54,825 nucleotides of DNA, from positions 44,272,960-44,327,784 of the forward strand of contig NC_068994.1 in NCBI RefSeq assembly GCF_001194135.2, written 5' to 3'. The first letter of the stretch is position 1. Each line of letters starts with the position of its first letter. Below are positions 48,935-54,825 of the stretch, in pieces. The notes beneath the pieces are model-generated. The model was not told the origin of the DNA. It was given only the letters and a program-made list of their open reading frames with translations, and did no database searches. The DNA is from Octopus bimaculoides. Lineage: Eukaryota. The translations under genes and the position numbers were made by a program.

Positions 48935-50455
48935 ATTAAAAAATGAAAAAGGGGGTTTGTATGATAGTGTATAGAGGAATATATTATTTAAAAGAGTTCC
49001 ACTTCTGTCTGTTTTTTATGTTTTATTTATATTCTTATAAAATTAATGTGGGATATAGAATATGGAATATATAATATATAATATAAAAATAAATGAAGTA
49101 TTGAATGTCTTATTGAATATATGAAATATTGAGTATTAAGTATATATGGGCTAGTATACTTTCCTACTTTATAGCAGTCATCAAGGTCCCGTCATATATA
49201 TATATATACCCTTTAAGTTCATTTACGGGAAATATTTTGAATATGCATATAAAAGGTCCTATTTTATTATGCCAGCTACTGCCTAATGATGCCAAGTGAT
49301 GATACCAGATTCTTGGGGTTCCACCAAGCTGTGCCAATATAATGTAGGATAAATATAGCAATAATAATAATAATCATTGGATGGAATTTATAAATGTTTT
49401 AATTTCTTTGCTACATGTAATATATATATGTATATCGGTCAGTAGTCCATATATTTGAAAAAGAAGCATGCTCTAAAACATTAGAATAATAATATCTAGA
49501 AGGTTTTTTGTTATGGCTGGTCAGAGAGTGACCATTGGCTTCACACCTATAAGGTGCTTAGCTTTACTGGTGAGGAATATATGTGCCATGGAAACTAGGA
49601 AATTGGCCCTAATGAATTAGTATGATTCAAGAAGAAAACTTTACCTTACCTTTTTTTTTACCTGTCCCCCCACTACTTGACATCTAGTGTTGATTTGTTT
49701 ACATCCCTGTAACTTAGCAGCTTGGCAAAAGAGACTTATAGAATAAGTACCAAACTTAATAAACAAATACCGGGATCTATGTTCCACTAAAATCCTTCAA
49801 GAAGATATCCCAGCATAGCTGCCATCTGATGACGGAAATAAGTAAATGATGAAATGCTGAAATGATTGAGAATACTTTATAGCAATATTAAATCTCTTGG
49901 TACTTGACTGCTATTTTATTTTATCAACCCTGGAAAAAGGAATGACAAAACTGCTCCCCAGCAAGATTTGAACTCAGAACATAAATGGTGGCAACTAAAT
50001 ACAGCAGTTCTAATGAATATCTCACAAACGCTGGTATATATTTCAAACAACTTAATGAAGTTAGTGTTGTAGAAGGTGTAGCATGGATTGTCTGGCCTAG
50101 ATTTGAACTTTGAGAGCCATGAGTTTATAGTCCAGTACCATAAACCCCAACTCCAACAGCTTTACACCTCTAAATATTTATTAAAGATGATGGATGAATA
50201 ACAGGCCTGAACATGGTAAGAGTTGGTGTCTTAAAACTTGTATTAAAATAACTATTTTCAGTTTCTGTTAGAATTATATGACTTCTATATTGATTTCTTA
50301 TATTGGCAATAGACCAAGGTAGAGATATAGTCGATTGAATTGGCTCCAGTACATTATTGGTACTCCAGAAAAGACTCAAACTCTACAAGATTGAAAGCAA
50401 AGTTGACCCCAGAGGTATTTCAACTCAGAAATGTAGACAAATAAAAGCTAGATAT

Positions 50456-50519
50456 TATTGCAGGGCATTTATTGCAGGGCATTTATTGCAGGGCATTTAT
50501 TGCAGGGCATTTATTGCAG
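50456..50519 (+). repeat. 14-bp minisatellite (TATTGCAGGGCATT)x4.5
   Basis: Direct reading; sits at the end of a SINE B copy. Confidence 0.9.
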
Positions 50520-50958
50520 TGCAGTACAGTTCTAGTACTAACACTGCCTATATGTTTGTTTGCATGAATGTATGTATGTATGTATGTATGTATGTATGTA
50601 TGTATGTATATATGCATGTATGTATGTATATATGCATGTATGTATGTATGTGTGTATATGGATGCATGTATATGTGTACGCATGAATTTGTTTATGTGCA
50701 TATGTATGTGTTTNNNNNNNNNNNNNNNNNNNNNNNNNNNNNNNNNNNNNNNNNNNNNNNNNNNNNNNNNNNNNNNNNNNNNNNNNNNNNNNNNNNNNNN
50801 NNNNNNNNNNNNNNNNNNNNNNNNNNNNNNNNNNNNNNNNNNNNNNNNNNNNNNNNNNNNNNNNNNNNNNNNNNNNNNNNNNNNNNNNNNNNNNNNNNNN
50901 NNNNNNNNNNNNNNNNNNNNNNNNNNNNNNNNNTATATATATACACAAACATACAGAC

Positions 50959-50993
<35 letters not shown>

Positions 50994-50997
50994 CATA

Positions 50998-51040
<43 letters not shown>

Positions 51041-51094
51041 TTATTAATTTATTAATAAATTAATACATTGATAATCCTTTACCCTTTTTAATTG

Positions 51095-51126
<32 letters not shown>

Positions 51127-52909
51127 AATAATATATAAATATATGCATATATACATACATACATGTAGCTACCTACATATATATGTATATATATATACAT
51201 GCATATATGGGTACAGGACATCAAAAAAATGTAAACAAAATGAGAAACGGTAATATAAAAAAAACAAAAACATAGAAAACGAACATTTTTTTGAACAACA
51301 AAAGAAGCAAACAGAGAAACAAGAAAAGCAACATAAAGAACAATCTCTTCATCAGTTGTCCCTGCCACGCATCCATTTCCAAGTAAGTTTTATCTATGTA
51401 TATACATACATATATATATATATATATGCACACACATATATGTGTGTGTATATATGTGTCTGTATGTCTATATATATATATATATATGCATACATCTATG
51501 TATTATAAATATGTGTGGGCGTGCTTGTGTCTTCAAGATTATTTCTCAGGCAAATTTTACACCAAAAGGACTAAGTAACTTATTCATTCGGGGTTAAGTT
51601 TCTTTAGCTATCAAACCATGAAGAGACTTACTATAAGGCTCTTATATGTATACATTATATATTTTTAGATGTGCCGGAAAGCAAGGAATTTAATACCTTG
51701 ATCTGGTAAAGAACAGATTTTGTGATTATAGTGCTTGGTTAATTCTCAGATAGCCTTTCCAAATGGTCACCAAATTAGACGTCACTTCATGTTAATTATT
51801 TGCAGAGATTTTATTCTTAAGTAGGTGTATTTTTGTTTTTAACCTTCTCATGTCATATCGACTCATAAGGGCTGGCCTTCCGGTTTCATGGCATATATAT
51901 TCTCCACCTGGATGGGACGCCAGTCCATCACAGGATTGTTCATTTTTTTTCCAGCTGAGTGGAATGGAGCAATGTGAAATGAAGTGTTTCCCTCAAGAAC
52001 ACCATGTGTCACCCAGTCCAGGGATTGAAACCAGAATTGTACGATCATGAGTCCAATACTCTAACCACTAAGCCAAGTGCTTCCATGGTTTTTAGATGTA
52101 TTAGAGAAAGGGTTGCAGAGGGGAAATAATGTAAGGATGTGACATTCAGAAATATTTTTCTCAAGAGTAAATTACTTTCAGATTGTTGCTGTTGCTGTCA
52201 TCATATTTCTCATTGCCATTGTCATTGTCATTGCTACTGTCATCGTCATCGTCCCCATCATTGTCATTGTCATCATTGTTGATGTCGTCATCATTTAACA
52301 GTCATTCTCCAAACTGACATGGGTTGGTTAGATGATTCAACTGGAGCTCGCAGGCCAGGGGACTGCATCAGGCTCCAATGTCTCCTTTGGCATGTTTCCT
52401 ATAGCTAAGTGCTTTTCATAATGCCAATAACCTTACAGGGTGAACTGGGTACCTTTTACATGGCACCAGCATCTCTGAGATCACCAAATAAACTAGCAAG
52501 ACAAGACAGTCCCCTACCCTCAACTGAGAGTAGGAGTAGTATTGAGGCAGATGGCTCTATACCAGGTGATGAGAGGTTAAAGCATAATAGAGGGACAGAA
52601 ACAGGTGTCTTACCACAGGTGAGGTACATGGGTGGCCCAACTGGAAAAGAAAGAGGATGGTGATGAAGATGTGTCAGAACATATCCCTAAGTTACAAGAA
52701 AGTGAATATAAGAGGCGTGGTATGGATAGATAAGCAAGTTCATGAGCGTGTAAGAGGTAAGTGGCAGATAAATAAAGATGGGTCTTAGATAGACAGACAG
52801 AATTTCACTTTTGTTATTATAGATTAGTATTAGAAAGTATTGGCAGGCAGGTAATTACAGGAACTCTTACATTGTAACTGTTAACACATTCTAGTATATA
52901 CTAGAAACA

Positions 52910-54050
52910 TTGATTTCAAATTTTAGCACAAGGCCAGCAATTTTGAGAGAGGGGATAAGTCAATGATATTGACCCCAGTGTGTAACTGGTACTTATTTAC
53001 TCAACCCTGAAAGGATGAAAGGTAAAGTCGACCTTAGCGGAATTTGAACTCAGAACATAAAGAGAGACAAAATGCTGCTAAGCATTTTGCCTGGCATACT
53101 GATGATTCTACCTGCTCACCACGTTAGTAATGCTAGTAATATTAGAGAGTATTAAAGCAGTGAACCGGCAGAACCGTTATTCCACCAGACAAAATACTTA
53201 GTGGCATTTCATCCATCTTTACATTTTGAGTTCAAATTCTGCTGAGGTCAACTTTGCTTTTTATCCCTTTGAATCAATAAAATAAGTAGCAGTTCAGCAT
53301 GGGGACTAATATAATTGGCTTACCCACTCCCTCAAAATTGCTGGCTTTGTGCCAAAAATAGAAACCAATATTAGAATGTACTGGTTGTTGAATGTTATAA
53401 TAGAATTACTTAATATTATGATAGTCCTTTCTACTCGAAGCACAAGGCCTCAAATTTGGGGGAAGAGATTAAGCTGATTACATTGACCCCCAGCACATAA
53501 CTGGTACTTATTTAATCAACCCTGAAAGAATGAAAGGCAAAGATGACCTCAGTGAAATTTCAACGCAGAATGTAGCAACGGGTGAAATACCACTAAGCAT
53601 TTCGCCCAGTGTGCTAGCAATTCTGCCTGCTCACCATCTTAATTAATGCTATAACAGTATTACAAGATATCATATGATTGTGACAATAACACATATCTGA
53701 GATACTATAGCAAGATATAAGCGTCTTAATGATACCCCTTTACTTTTCTTGAGTCCTAGGACTCATAAGATTGTCTTCCACTTTCCATGACTTATAAGTG
53801 ACTAAGATCACAGTATTTTCCCTGAATGGAACACCAGTCCATTGCAGGGTTCACTGCCAGCAATTTTGCTAAGAGGGAGCAGGTTGATTAAATTTACCCC
53901 CAATACTTGAGCGGTACTTTATTTTATCAGCCCTGAAGCAACAAAAGGTAAAGTTGGCATCAGTGGAATTTGAACTCAGAATGTCAAGAGCTAGTAGAAG
54001 TACTGCTAAGCACTTTGGCTAACATGCTAATGATTCTGCTAACCTGTTGC
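52910..54050. mobile_element. Cluster of four SINE family B copies (-,+,-,-)
   Basis: ~52910-53125 (-), 53150-53370 (+), 53420-53640 (-), 53870-54050 (-). Confidence 0.85.
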
Positions 54051-54698
54051 CTAATTATGATACTTAGATATGACTGTAGTAATGTAACATTATGTATACT
54101 AGTCTATGTGTGTGTGTGGGTCACATGAAACAAATATAGAATTGTACAAAATTATGTAAACATTATGACTGAAAATCACAGTGACAACATTATAGCTGTA
54201 ATTTATTCTTGTAGGTACACAAATGAAGAAACATAATCACATTTCTATGACTGAGAAAATGATATGATGGAGATCAGAAAAGGTGGACATTATAACATAA
54301 TATATATCTTAGGGTGAGGTCATACATTAAGACAGAAATATAGTGGAGGTAAAATCAAAGACAATACAACAGAAACAATATTATAGTGGAAATGATCGTG
54401 ATCAAAGAAAGCCAAAGTTTCATATAAAGCCATTTTTGAGTTCGCTTCCAATCAAAATTCAATTTCACAGAGAAGAGAACAATTGAAGTGGTAACATTCA
54501 TCATTCATGCACCGCCCACAGATATTATTGATATAAGGGAAATATACATACATACATACATATATATTTCTGTGTGTGTGTATACATATATATAGAAATA
54601 TATATATATAGATTATATAGATATATAGATAGTTATATGTATATATATATATATATGTATGTATATATATGTACATATATGTATATGTATATACATAC

Positions 54699-54737
<39 letters not shown>

Positions 54738-54758
54738 TTTATTAATATACATATATAC

Positions 54759-54825
<67 letters not shown>

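Overview
AT-rich, microsatellite- and SINE-dense animal genomic DNA with about nine N-gaps. The repeat families and (AT)n/(AC)n/(ATC)n density point to an octopus genome (inference). There are no rRNA, tRNA or CRISPR features, and most of the ORF track is microsatellite noise. Two non-obvious structures run on the minus strand. (1) A multi-exon pseudogene spans about 1.2-48.1 kb. More than 20 exon-sized blocks keep a protein-like frame and often their splice sites, but carry dozens of in-frame stops, some frameshifts and TE/microsatellite insertions. Their translations match, in colinear order, motifs I recall from the C-terminal ~60% of human SZT2, the KICSTOR scaffold. (2) Four stop-free, phase 0-0, mutually homologous exons lie between those fossil exons on the same strand (41149-41280, 39328-39435, 29158-29265, 27337-27486). 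Each encodes the motif (S/N)QFYFVLEPQNEWKAS(T/S)T of a repeat protein I do not recognise. The rest is mobile DNA: a Helitron 3' end, a 5'-truncated RTE LINE, other LINE remnants, at least three tRNA-derived SINE families plus a LINE-tail repeat family, and piggyBac-, hAT- and Tc2/pogo-like MITEs. The SZT2 identity rests on remembered sequence and needs an alignment to confirm. Boundaries called approximate were read by eye.
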